Positions 8,558 through 16,929 of a stretch of DNA of 27,405 nucleotides are shown piece by piece. The translations under genes and the position numbers were made by a program. The notes under the pieces are model-generated. The model did no database searches and was not told where the DNA came from. It was given only the letters and a program-made list of their open reading frames with translations. Position 1 is the stretch's first letter; each line of letters opens with the position of its first letter. Source of the stretch: a virus (lineage: Duplodnaviria > Heunggongvirae > Uroviricota > Caudoviricetes); IMG/VR virus record IMGVR_UViG_3300050500_000527. One strand, written 5' to 3'.

Positions 8558-9496
8558 CTAATTCGTCGCCGAAGCAATCTTATGCGCCGCCCAGGCCGCG
8601 CCCGCCGTGCCATTCTTCGCGCCGCCCGTCGCTATCCAAAGGCCCGGCTTAACTTCCTGCACATAAGCCGGGGCACCCAGCCCGCGGATATAGGGGCGGC
8701 GCCCGACCAGCACGGTCGGCTCAATTGCCACAAGCCGTTGAGTGGGCTCGTCCAGCTCTTGCATATGGACGAAGCGTGCGCATCGTTGCTTCGAATCGTC
8801 TAGGCGCTTCGCAGTCAGGTCAAAGACGGCCGTGCCGTCGCCCACCCAGAGCTCTCCCGGATAGCGGTTCGGAAGACTAACGAGCTGCTTATACGGCGCC
8901 CAGGGGCGGACGGAAACGCGCGACTCCCGATTAGGGTCGCAAGGCCACGTAAACGCGGCGCCGAGCTGCGCGCGCAGGCCGGTCACTTTTAAGTAGTCTG
9001 GCAAGATGTCGTTGCACCAGCTCCCAGTGGCCACTACCAAGAGCTTCGCCGCATGGCATTGCGTCCTTAAAGCGTCGCCATGCAACGATTCACTTTTCTC
9101 GATCGTCCGGGCATATGGTACACCATAATCCTCCTCCCAGTCGACCACGGTAACTTCTTGTTTTACCACGTTATCGGGCTTCGTGGTGGAGAAGATGGAG
9201 CCCGGCGCCACCCACCATATGGTGGAGCGCTTCCCCATGCCCGCCACGGCCTGGATAAAAGCCTCGATTTCATGCACGCCATAGCACTCGTCCAACACGG
9301 CCATAGACTGGGCCTGTTCGACTTTACTCATGCTGGTTAGCCAAGACGGCTTCATGAGGCATGCCGCGGGCTTCGACCCGGCTTGTTCGAAGCCCGCATC
9401 GAAGAGGGTAACGTCGCGGCCCTGGCGCTTCAGGTAGCGGCCAATAACGCGGCCGAAGATGCCCGCCCCGATAATGAGAACGTCGTATTCTTTCAT
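8558..9496 (-). CDS. FAD-dependent oxidoreductase (DAO family), likely the flavin-dependent lyase of the hypermodification pathway
   Basis: ATG at 9496 (ATGA coupling); YDVLIIGAGIFG Rossmann motif, AGSKPAACL, LLVVATGSW, GRRPY, ATGGAKNG. Lies next to the AADT, as in PaMx11-type loci. Confidence 0.88.
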   Translation of the reverse strand: MKEYDVLIIGAGIFGRVIGRYLKRQGRDVTLFDAGFEQAGSKPAACLMKPSWLTSMSKVEQAQSMAVLDECYGVHEIEAFIQAVAGMGKRSTIWWVAPGSIFSTTKPDNVVKQEVTVVDWEEDYGVPYARTIEKSESLHGDALRTQCHAAKLLVVATGSWCNDILPDYLKVTGLRAQLGAAFTWPCDPNRESRVSVRPWAPYKQLVSLPNRYPGELWVGDGTAVFDLTAKRLDDSKQRCARFVHMQELDEPTQRLVAIEPTVLVGRRPYIRGLGAPAYVQEVKPGLWIATGGAKNGTAGAAWAAHKIASATN

Positions 9497-9831
9497 TCCT
9501 CCCCCCTCAGGAACGGTTGCACCGGGAAGCGAAGTGGCTTCCCCTGCGCGCCCCATTCTGCAATCTTCTGCAATACAGCGGACTCGTTATGATTCTCCCG
9601 CATCCATTGCAACGCACCCTGGCCCGCCGAAAAGCCCATCGTGTAAAAGCTGTTCTTCCCGCGCGTTACACCGACAACATGAGCAATCTCAGCGTCCGGG
9701 AGCTTCGCAATAAACTCGACGCCTTTGTGGACCAGCTGAATGTCGCACAGCACGAGCTCGTCATAGGCGAACTCCGCGCCTTCCCAGAAGCCCCGCGCGG
9801 CGTCGCGAGCGTCCATTTCGTGAAGCCTCAT
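9493..9831 (-). CDS. Hypothetical protein between AADT and flavoenzyme
   Basis: 112 aa ORF with ATGA overlaps at both ends; no recognised motif. Confidence 0.75.
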   Translation of the reverse strand: MRLHEMDARDAARGFWEGAEFAYDELVLCDIQLVHKGVEFIAKLPDAEIAHVVGVTRGKNSFYTMGFSAGQGALQWMRENHNESAVLQKIAEWGAQGKPLRFPVQPFLRGEE

Positions 9832-10706
9832 GCCACGACCTTTTGCGGAACCTTCGGCATCGATGATTTAAAAAACGCCGCAACCTCACTCACCTGAGCC
9901 CAGGGAACGAGCCCTTCATGGATCTCGGTAAGGTCATTGTAGAGCGGATAGTGGCCGTTACAGTGGGATTTCCACTTGCAGAGGATGCTCTCGACCTCCT
10001 GGAGGCCGATCGGCCGGTCGTAGAGGGGCGGCGCCGCGTAATCAGCGAAGTAGGCTTCCAACCCCTCGAACACCGCCCTAATGGCCTCCGGCTTAACCTG
10101 GGCCGCCGCGGGGAGATTATTGCGCTGCCGGACCAGGCGTTCAGCCGCCTCCACGGGGTCTTTGTAAATCGTCACGTCGTCGTAATTGAACGTAACCTGT
10201 GCCAGGCCCAGCCGGTCGATCATATCGGCGAGCTTGAAACTGATCCAATTGCCGAAGCCGTGTAGGGAGAGAATACGCGACGTGACAGCTCGGAAGGACG
10301 TTGCGACGCGCCGGTCGCTCGCCGGAGTGATCTCCGAGAGGAAAATCTCCGGCCGGAAGCCGTAGCGATTGTGCAGGTACTGGCAGGAATTGATGGCTTG
10401 GGCGCCGCGCCAGTGCCGCCGTTCATGGCCGCGTGGCCAGCGCTCGCCCGTGGGAGCGGCTTCCTCATTCCGGGCCGCCTTCATCAACTCTTCGAAGAAG
10501 GCGTCGCCCTCAAATTCGGAGATGTAACTAGCGGCGCCACAATGGTAGAGGCAGGAATAAGCGAGCAGCCACCGCGCCAGGTGGTCGCGGCTCAGCACGT
10601 CCGCGGACAACATTGTGTATAACGCGCAATAGACCGGGTCGAGGTCATTGCTCTCAATGAGGATTTTCCCGAATTCCTCAATCGAAAGGCGCGGATAACT
10701 CTGCAT
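9828..10706 (-). CDS. Amino acid:DNA transferase (aGPT-Pplase2 family)
   Basis: NDLDPVY, RWLLAYSCLYH, WPRGHERRHWRG, GFGNWISFKLADMIDR, LQEVESILCKWKSHCNGHY resemble M6 gp51 / PaMx11 gp46-type transferases. Confidence 0.88.
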   Translation of the reverse strand: MQSYPRLSIEEFGKILIESNDLDPVYCALYTMLSADVLSRDHLARWLLAYSCLYHCGAASYISEFEGDAFFEELMKAARNEEAAPTGERWPRGHERRHWRGAQAINSCQYLHNRYGFRPEIFLSEITPASDRRVATSFRAVTSRILSLHGFGNWISFKLADMIDRLGLAQVTFNYDDVTIYKDPVEAAERLVRQRNNLPAAAQVKPEAIRAVFEGLEAYFADYAAPPLYDRPIGLQEVESILCKWKSHCNGHYPLYNDLTEIHEGLVPWAQVSEVAAFFKSSMPKVPQKVVA

Positions 10707-11039
10707 TTATTCATCATCCTTGTCGTAACCAACATAGTGGTAGGTTAGCCGCCACTTCTTCTCATGGATCAGCCGGTTCAGGATTTGCCGCTCGTCGTAG
10801 CCGCGCAACATCTCGCCAATAATCGGCGAGCAATAAGCGTCAATCACTGCACGGGCCAGGGCTTCATGTGCTCGGTGCTTCTGCGCTTCCCAGCTCTTAA
10901 AGCCGCCATAACCGCTCAGGCCGAAGTCATTCGCCGCATGGGTGAAGCCGTCCGGGCGCGTAACAATCGCCACGACGCCTTGCGGCCTAGCCGGTTCCTC
11001 GGTGGAATCAGCGGCCGGGATTTCAACTTCTTCCGTCAT
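10707..11039 (-). CDS. Hypothetical protein
   Basis: Likely start MTEEVEIP at 11039, coupled to the upstream TGA. Confidence 0.7.
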   Translation of the reverse strand: MTEEVEIPAADSTEEPARPQGVVAIVTRPDGFTHAANDFGLSGYGGFKSWEAQKHRAHEALARAVIDAYCSPIIGEMLRGYDERQILNRLIHEKKWRLTYHYVGYDKDDE

Positions 11040-11848
11040 CGAATGTACTCCCGCATCTGCGTTAAAATCTCGTCGCCCACATAAACCACTTCCGCTTCGC
11101 CCGGCTCGCCCCAAGGCTTATAGAACAACCCTCCATAAGCGGGCGGCAGACCCAGCCGAACAACGTCCCGGAGGTCTTGTTCTAGCTCGAGCGTGAGACT
11201 AATCTTCTCGTTAAGCTCGGGCAGGTCGCCGAAAGGGATTACCGTCGGCAGGTTAAGTAGCCGCTTAAAATCGGTAAAGTTATCCAGGCCGTCGCTCCGG
11301 TCCCGTTGGCGCTTCATATGTTCGATCATCGCACGGCGGGCGAGGGCGGGGTCGCGGAGCTGGACGAGGGCGATAAAGGCGAAGCACCCGCGGCGAATGC
11401 CATTAACCCGCCGCCAGTGTTCTGAGCCATCTTTTTCGTTCCGGTCAATCAACTCGAAGCCGAGGGTGGTCAGGTCCAGCGCGCCCGTGCCACCCATCGG
11501 CATCTCCCGGCCCGCGCCGACCGCGCCCGCCCCTTCAATAGCGAAACGTTCCAGAACCCGCTGCCGCCCGGCGCCGCGGCGGGAAGACGAGCGCACCGGA
11601 TAGTTTTCCATTAAACGGACCAAGTCCCACAGTGCACCTTGCAGCAGCGAGGTATTTGCGGCGAGGCGGTTACGCCATTGCCACTTCTGGTAGAGGCGCA
11701 CAATGCCCAGGGAGACCGCGACTAAGGGGAGCAATACCCAAAGCACGTCGGCGTCGAGGTCGAGCCGGAGCAGGATTAGGCGGCCGACGAAAGCGGCGAG
11801 CAGCGTAAAGATGAGGAACTCCAATACAACACGGGTTGCTAGCGTCAT
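11036..11848 (-). CDS. Hypothetical membrane-anchored protein
   Basis: Two N-terminal hydrophobic segments and a soluble C-terminal region; SD GGAGGAG upstream. Confidence 0.7.
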   Translation of the reverse strand: MTLATRVVLEFLIFTLLAAFVGRLILLRLDLDADVLWVLLPLVAVSLGIVRLYQKWQWRNRLAANTSLLQGALWDLVRLMENYPVRSSSRRGAGRQRVLERFAIEGAGAVGAGREMPMGGTGALDLTTLGFELIDRNEKDGSEHWRRVNGIRRGCFAFIALVQLRDPALARRAMIEHMKRQRDRSDGLDNFTDFKRLLNLPTVIPFGDLPELNEKISLTLELEQDLRDVVRLGLPPAYGGLFYKPWGEPGEAEVVYVGDEILTQMREYIR

Positions 11849-11864
11849 GGACTCCTCCCCACCC

Positions 11865-12374
11865 CTATAGCTTCCTCGCTATGGCACCTCCCGAACCCGC
11901 GATCAGGATATGCGCCAAGATCACCTTCTCATAGAACACGTGGTGGTGCGCCATAAGGATCAGCCACCGTAAGTTCGGGATCAATCGCGGCGAGCGCCAA
12001 GCTTCCATCGGGAAGCGCATGAGCAGCTCGTCGGTTTGCGCCCGCGCATCGTTGTATGCTGTTGTATCGCGGGCCGCGAAGAAATGCAAAACGTGCTCGC
12101 GGTACTCTACGCAGGCATATTCGCTCCACTCCGGGTCAATACCGGCTTCCTCGATAGCCTCCCGGCGCATGGCCTCGGCCGGGGTTTCGCCCGGCTCTAC
12201 ACGCCCGCCGAGGCCGTTCAGCTTCCCTTCCTGCCAGGCGGGCCGCTTCTTTTCGATCAGCAATACGTCCAGGTCTTCGGTGTCCGGAAACAAAAAGCCC
12301 ACCGTAAAGTGGGCTTTCGCTGCTTCGACGACGGCGCCATTTAGGCCGCCTTCTTCGCCTTCCATGCCGTCCAA
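11865..12374 (-). CDS. Nudix (MutT-like) hydrolase
   Basis: Nudix box GGRVEPGETPAEAMRREAIEEAGI; KKRPAWQEGKLNG; PNLRWLI. Confidence 0.92.
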   Translation of the reverse strand: MDGMEGEEGGLNGAVVEAAKAHFTVGFLFPDTEDLDVLLIEKKRPAWQEGKLNGLGGRVEPGETPAEAMRREAIEEAGIDPEWSEYACVEYREHVLHFFAARDTTAYNDARAQTDELLMRFPMEAWRSPRLIPNLRWLILMAHHHVFYEKVILAHILIAGSGGAIARKL

Positions 12375-12853
12375 GCCTCCTTGTCCATCAGGTAGATAAT
12401 CCGGGCCTCGCCGACGCCTTCTTCGCGTAGCGCATAACCCACATAAGAGTGCAGCAAGCGGACCAGGCCATAAGCACGCTGCTCAACCCGGTGCGGCTTC
12501 TTGCCCGCGCGCTTATCCCATTCGGCCACCAGCTGCTCAATGCGGCCGAGCGTGGCACCCGTCAGCAATAAGTCACGCGCTTCCGCCCGCAGCGAGCCGG
12601 GATTAAGCGTCTTGATTTCCGAGAGCGGCGGATAGTTGAACACCTTCTGGCGGCGCTTCCGCTCCGGGGCCACCACGAAGCGCGCCCTGGCCTCCGCCTG
12701 GATCGCCTCAAGACGGCGCACGGCCGTCGCTTTGTCTTTAAACCGCGTAACCGCAGCTCCCCCCACCATCGCGGCGAGGCGGTTGTACTGTGCGGCAATT
12801 TCTTTGATTGAGAGTTCTGTAGAAGCAGGACGAACGAGTTCAGCGCTAAGCAT
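12341..12853 (-). CDS. Hypothetical basic protein, possible DNA-binding early protein
   Basis: RFKDKATAVRRL motif; strong SD GGAGGGG; directly downstream of a sigma70-like promoter. Confidence 0.7.
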   Translation of the reverse strand: MLSAELVRPASTELSIKEIAAQYNRLAAMVGGAAVTRFKDKATAVRRLEAIQAEARARFVVAPERKRRQKVFNYPPLSEIKTLNPGSLRAEARDLLLTGATLGRIEQLVAEWDKRAGKKPHRVEQRAYGLVRLLHSYVGYALREEGVGEARIIYLMDKEAWTAWKAKKAA

Positions 12854-12907
12854 TTGATTCCCCTCCAGAAAGTGGGGATGTAACCAGCTCTCCCCACCGC
12901 AGAAGTA

Positions 12908-12936
12908 ACTTTACTCTTGCTGAACGCAGAAGTCAA
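12908..12936 (-). promoter_or_regulatory. Sigma70-like promoter
   Basis: TTGACT, 17 nt spacer, TAAAGT on the minus strand in the intergenic gap. Confidence 0.7.
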
Positions 12937-13008
12937 GTCGCTTGTTTAGCATAGCCTAAGAGAGTTGAGGGGAGCGTTGCCGAAAAGCCTCGCTACCACC
13001 CGGAAACA

Positions 13009-13719
13009 TTAGCGCCCGCGGCCCAATTCGAGGAAGGCTTGTGCAAAAAGCTGATCAATCAACGCCGCATCGGCCGCGCTAGCGCCGCGCACTACGACCT
13101 TAGGTGCCTTCGGCCCGGCCAGCTTCGGGGCGTCCGGCTTAGCCTTAGCCACCAGGAACTCGTAATCCGCCATAATCTCGCGGGACATCTCTACCGTTAC
13201 GCGGTCGGAGCGGATCAGCCGCAATTGCATCCGGATTTCTTCGAGCTTCTGCATAATCAAGATCTGCACGATATTGCGCTGATCCGGGCTCTTGCGGCGG
13301 AAGCGCTTCACCACGCGCCGCAGCTTCTTCTCCTGCACGCGGTGTTGCGCAATAATGCCGTCGATCTCTTTCAGTTTGGCGTCCATGACTTCGAGGCAGA
13401 GCTTCTGCATATCGTCATACGGGCCGTAATTATGGCCGCCGCCCAGGATCACCTCATTGAGCGTGTTGCGCAAGAAGAGGCAGATGCGCTCATAGCGCCG
13501 CTCGTCTTCTGTCGGTTCGGCGTGATAATCGCCAGTCTCGTCGTAGCGCGCCCGCTTAACCGGGTCTTTCAGCACGTCATAGGCCAGGGAGAGTGCCTTA
13601 TAAGCCATTTCATCCCCGCCCATATCAGGATGCGCCTTTTTAGAGAGGAAGCGGAATGCGGCTTTGATTTCGTCTTGCGTCGCATTGCGCTTGACGCCGA
13701 GCAGCTCATAGAAGTCCAT
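13009..13719 (-). CDS. J-domain (DnaJ-like) protein
   Basis: MDFYELLGV...IKAAFRFLSKKAHPDMGG...AYDVLKDPVKRARYD with HPD motif; SD AAGGGAGGGG before ATG 13719; coiled-coil-like C-terminus. Confidence 0.92.
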   Translation of the reverse strand: MDFYELLGVKRNATQDEIKAAFRFLSKKAHPDMGGDEMAYKALSLAYDVLKDPVKRARYDETGDYHAEPTEDERRYERICLFLRNTLNEVILGGGHNYGPYDDMQKLCLEVMDAKLKEIDGIIAQHRVQEKKLRRVVKRFRRKSPDQRNIVQILIMQKLEEIRMQLRLIRSDRVTVEMSREIMADYEFLVAKAKPDAPKLAGPKAPKVVVRGASAADAALIDQLFAQAFLELGRGR

Positions 13720-13739
13720 ATCACCCCTCCCCTTAATGA

Positions 13740-13765
13740 AAATGGCCCGTTTCAACAGGCCATTT
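13740..13765 (-). terminator. Hairpin, possible weak intrinsic terminator
   Basis: AAATGGCCTGT-TGAA-ACGGGCCATTT followed by TCATT. Confidence 0.45.
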
Positions 13766-13787
13766 CCACTATACAGGGTGTTGCACC

Positions 13788-14426
13788 TTAAAACTGTGCC
13801 CTACAGGGCCGCGCGCGGGCACGGCACTCCCAGATTTTAGGCCAGGTGCCCTCAATCGGGTCACAAGCAAACGCCTTATTGCGCGCCCGGCCCCAAGAGG
13901 CATAGGAATTGGAGTAATCAGCGCGCACTTTAGCCGCCCAGCTGCGCAATGCCTTACCTTCAGCCCGCGGCCGGATCCGTGCACGTTCGCCATAACCCGT
14001 CACGTATGGCTTACAGCTCGTGCCCGAATCGCGCTCGTAGTCACGGTCGGCATAACTCAAGTCACGCTCCGCATACCGACGCCGCTGCGCTGCGTAACGA
14101 CGGTTCTCCTCGGCCAGGGCGAGCCCCTCGCGCCGTTCGCGGCGTTCCGCGGCCCTGCGGCGCTCCTGCCGCTCTTCAGCCGCGTATGCCCTTTCCTGAG
14201 CCGCTCGGCGAGCGGAGCGCTGGGACCGGCGATAACGGTCATAATCATGCAGCTCGGCTTGTTCCCGGCGCCAGCGTTCATAATCGCGGCGTAATTGACG
14301 CTCATAGCGGGTAGAAGCGGGACGTTCGCCGTAATATTGGGCGCTATATCCGGGTTCCGGACCGTCCGCCACGGCTGACGCGGTGAATAAAACCAATGCG
14401 AGGAAGGTAAGAAGAGCGTATTTCAT
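13788..14426 (-). CDS. Secreted protein with Arg-rich helical linker and Cys-containing C-terminal domain
   Basis: Signal peptide MKYALLTFLALVLFTASAVA; C-terminal CKPYVTGYG...W...V...Y...C...CRARARPC pattern. Confidence 0.8.
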   Translation of the reverse strand: MKYALLTFLALVLFTASAVADGPEPGYSAQYYGERPASTRYERQLRRDYERWRREQAELHDYDRYRRSQRSARRAAQERAYAAEERQERRRAAERRERREGLALAEENRRYAAQRRRYAERDLSYADRDYERDSGTSCKPYVTGYGERARIRPRAEGKALRSWAAKVRADYSNSYASWGRARNKAFACDPIEGTWPKIWECRARARPCRAQF

Positions 14427-14515
14427 GTTCGGGCCTTTAGTTATTGGCGCGGCCTAAACCGCGCCATTCACTTTAAGCCAGAATTTTTAGCCGATCACGG
14501 AGTAATATGCGGAAA

Positions 14516-14911
14516 TTATTCGGCTTTCAGTGTAATATTGAACTCTTGGGCGATGTTGAGCTGGCCGCAGAAGTGTTGTTCGCTGGGTTCTGCGTCCTTT
14601 AACGTGTAATTGCCATCCCGGCACATCTGGTCGATCGCACTATCCAGGAGCCGCCGCGCGAAAGGCGTGATCTTTCCTGAATCGTCATAGAAATGCGCCT
14701 CAACACGAGCTTTAACGCGCGCTTTTTGACCTTCACGCAGTGTCATTCGGTAATCCCGTTCTATTGCGTTTACTTCGACCATAATGCACCCGCCCTGGCA
14801 GCTTCGTTCATGAACCTCCTGATAGCGGACAGCCACCGAGATGAAATCTGGGGGATATTTCCTATAATCCCAGAACGGCATCCGTTCGAAGACGTAGCGG
14901 GTGCAAGGCAT
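14516..14911 (-). CDS. Hypothetical protein
   Basis: 131 aa minus-strand ORF abutting its neighbours; start uncertain. Confidence 0.55.
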   Translation of the reverse strand: MPCTRYVFERMPFWDYRKYPPDFISVAVRYQEVHERSCQGGCIMVEVNAIERDYRMTLREGQKARVKARVEAHFYDDSGKITPFARRLLDSAIDQMCRDGNYTLKDAEPSEQHFCGQLNIAQEFNITLKAE

Positions 14912-15121
14912 TTATGATGCTCGGCGCGCCAGCGTTACGGCAGGCGGCCGTCCCACGCCATTCTCGCGGCGAATGGCGGGCAGGTTCGCCCAGGTATAGC
15001 GGGAGTTGTCAGGCCACGCCGTTAGGAAACCAGGCTTGAGCGGCGGAATCGTAATGCGGGACTTGCCTTTCTTCTTGCGCTTGATAAAGCGCGAGCGCCT
15101 TACAACTTTCCCTACTCGCAT
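14912..15121 (-). CDS. Small highly basic hypothetical protein
   Basis: ATG at 15121: MRVGKVVRRSRFIKRKKKGKSRI... Confidence 0.5.
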   Translation of the reverse strand: MRVGKVVRRSRFIKRKKKGKSRITIPPLKPGFLTAWPDNSRYTWANLPAIRRENGVGRPPAVTLARRAS

Positions 15122-15270
15122 GATCGTTCTTCCCAATGAGGTTTACCTTGCGAGGGTATGTAATCGCAAACCGCGCAATTGCATTCTCCCCAATAGAATT
15201 CGAAGGCGCCCCAAGCGACTACGCCCAGAAAGGGGAGGGTGAATGCGAGCCACCATTTTGCCGCTTCCAT
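15112..15270 (-). CDS. Small single-TM protein (52 aa; not in ORF track)
   Basis: SD AAGGGGAAG then MEAAKWWLAFTLPFLGVVAWGAFEFYWGECNCAVCDYIPSQGKPHWEERSCE*. Confidence 0.6.
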   Translation of the reverse strand: MEAAKWWLAFTLPFLGVVAWGAFEFYWGECNCAVCDYIPSQGKPHWEERSCE

Positions 15271-15344
15271 CACTTCCCCTTAATGTGCGAAAAGCCAGAG
15301 CTGTTGTAGCCCCGGCTCCCGCAACCCAAGTGTGGAGAATTAAC

Positions 15345-16049
15345 CTACCACTGCGCACCGACGCCGACCTGCCAGCCGAACTGCTCGAAATCCATATCCG
15401 AGCCAAGCTTAGCATTCAACGAGAAGGTCTCGTCGATCCGTCCGATTGCTGCGAAGCCGAGGGCCGTCTCGTCACCGAAGCCGCCGATCGCGCCGAAAAC
15501 GCCGAAGCGCTTCTTGTCGCTCAGCCAGGCGTCGGGCATGGCCATTGCGATAGCAAGGCCCTTTTCGTGCTCGTCGAGCCGAGCGGTGTGTTGAGAAAGC
15601 AGTGCGTCGTGCGCGTTCAGGCGCGTTTCGTGCTGCTGCGTCACCTGTTCCAGCGAGCCGATACGCTCATTGTGGTTCCAGAGCTGCTTCTGCTGAGCCC
15701 AATCCCAGGCATAATTATAGGCAATCGCCGCGTTCTGCTGGGCGTTCTTCTGATCGACATAAGTTTTATTGGCCTTTTTTCCGATCTCAACGTCCTGAGC
15801 GTCGTTTTCACTATCGACATAGGTTTTGTCGGCTTTGCCCTCGATTTCCGTCTTGAGGCCGGGGGCGAGATCTTCTTTCTTCACTGTGCCGTTGAGGATT
15901 TCCTCCGTGGTAATCGCGTCATTGGCAACATTGATATTTTGCTGAACGCACAGGAAGCCGCAACTGTCCAAGCTCCAAGCGCCGTCATCCTCAGCCCAGG
16001 CTGGCGCCGCGGCTAGCGCAATTACAACAGCGAGCAAAATACGCTTCAT
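15345..16049 (-). CDS. Trimeric autotransporter adhesin-like protein with YadA C-terminal anchor
   Basis: Signal peptide; short repeats (KADKTYVD/KANKTYVD); coiled-coil stalk (HETRLNAHD...HTARLDEHE); GLAIAMAM linker; four-strand beta anchor ending WQVGVGAQW. Confidence 0.9.
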   Translation of the reverse strand: MKRILLAVVIALAAAPAWAEDDGAWSLDSCGFLCVQQNINVANDAITTEEILNGTVKKEDLAPGLKTEIEGKADKTYVDSENDAQDVEIGKKANKTYVDQKNAQQNAAIAYNYAWDWAQQKQLWNHNERIGSLEQVTQQHETRLNAHDALLSQHTARLDEHEKGLAIAMAMPDAWLSDKKRFGVFGAIGGFGDETALGFAAIGRIDETFSLNAKLGSDMDFEQFGWQVGVGAQW

Positions 16050-16063
16050 GGTCTTCTCCTAAG

Positions 16064-16091
16064 AAAAAGGCCAGAGCGTTATGCCCTGGCC
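16064..16091 (-). terminator. Intrinsic terminator between omp and YadA-like genes
   Basis: GGCCAGGGC-ATAAC-GCTCTGGCC followed by TTTTT. Confidence 0.7.
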
Positions 16092-16116
16092 CGCCGTCTT
16101 AAACTGTGCTGGAGTA

Positions 16117-16767
16117 TTACCAGCCGAACGTCGCGCTGTTGATGCGGTAGGTGGCGCGCAGCTTGACGGTATCGTCCTGGAGCTTGGCGTCATCCGTGTA
16201 CTTGGTGATGTCCACCCAGTCATGGACATATTCCAAGCTCAGCGAGATGTTCTTGGCGACCTGGTGCTCGACGCCGCCGCCGAGGCCCCAAGCGTCGAAG
16301 GTTTCATCGAAAGCACCAGCCGAATAGGACTTCTGGCCGTAAGTGCCTACGCCGTAGAAGAGCGTGGGGCCAGAAGTAAAGCCGAGGCGCGCGCCGATGG
16401 CCCACTCGTCTTCCTGGTCGACGGTCCCACCACCACCGAAGTCGAGCGATTCGTCGGAGATGCCATACTGGGCGAAGATGCCACCCAGCAGGCCACCACG
16501 GGCCACGTCAATGCCGACACGAATATCGCCCTTAATGCCGTTCAGCGCGATGCCACCCTGACCGTTATCAGCGCCGAGCGTGGTTGAACCGCCGCCGACG
16601 CCGCCGCTGACATAAACGCCCGACCAGTTTACGGCCGGTGCACTCTCTTCGACCGCGACCCGTGCCGCAGGCTGCGACGCGCCGCCCTTGCGGTCATAAC
16701 CGTCGGCCGCGTAGGCCGCGCTCGAAGCCAGCGCGAGTCCCAGCGCCGCCAGAATAGTCCGCTTCAT
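16117..16767 (-). CDS. Outer-membrane beta-barrel protein, Omp25/Omp31/RopB-like
   Basis: Signal peptide MKRTILAALGLALASSAAYA; NWSGVYVSGGVGG; AIGARLG; GLGGGVEHQVAKNISLSLEY; alternating amphipathic strands. Confidence 0.9.
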   Translation of the reverse strand: MKRTILAALGLALASSAAYAADGYDRKGGASQPAARVAVEESAPAVNWSGVYVSGGVGGGSTTLGADNGQGGIALNGIKGDIRVGIDVARGGLLGGIFAQYGISDESLDFGGGGTVDQEDEWAIGARLGFTSGPTLFYGVGTYGQKSYSAGAFDETFDAWGLGGGVEHQVAKNISLSLEYVHDWVDITKYTDDAKLQDDTVKLRATYRINSATFGW

Positions 16768-16929
16768 GATATGTTCCCTTCGCATTATTGCGGTTGTACG
16801 CCAGCGCTAGTAGGGCAGCGCGCGTAGGGGTGCACTTTACGGGGGCACCGGGTAGGGCCGCTGTGCGCGAGAGTGTTGCTAAGCGGCTGGGCGATCAAGG
16901 TAAGTTGCTCAAAAGCAACGGATTCGGCA

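Noticed and set aside
14445-14466. 8-bp GC hairpin as a minus-strand terminator
   Set aside because: No U tract on the coding strand; role unclear.
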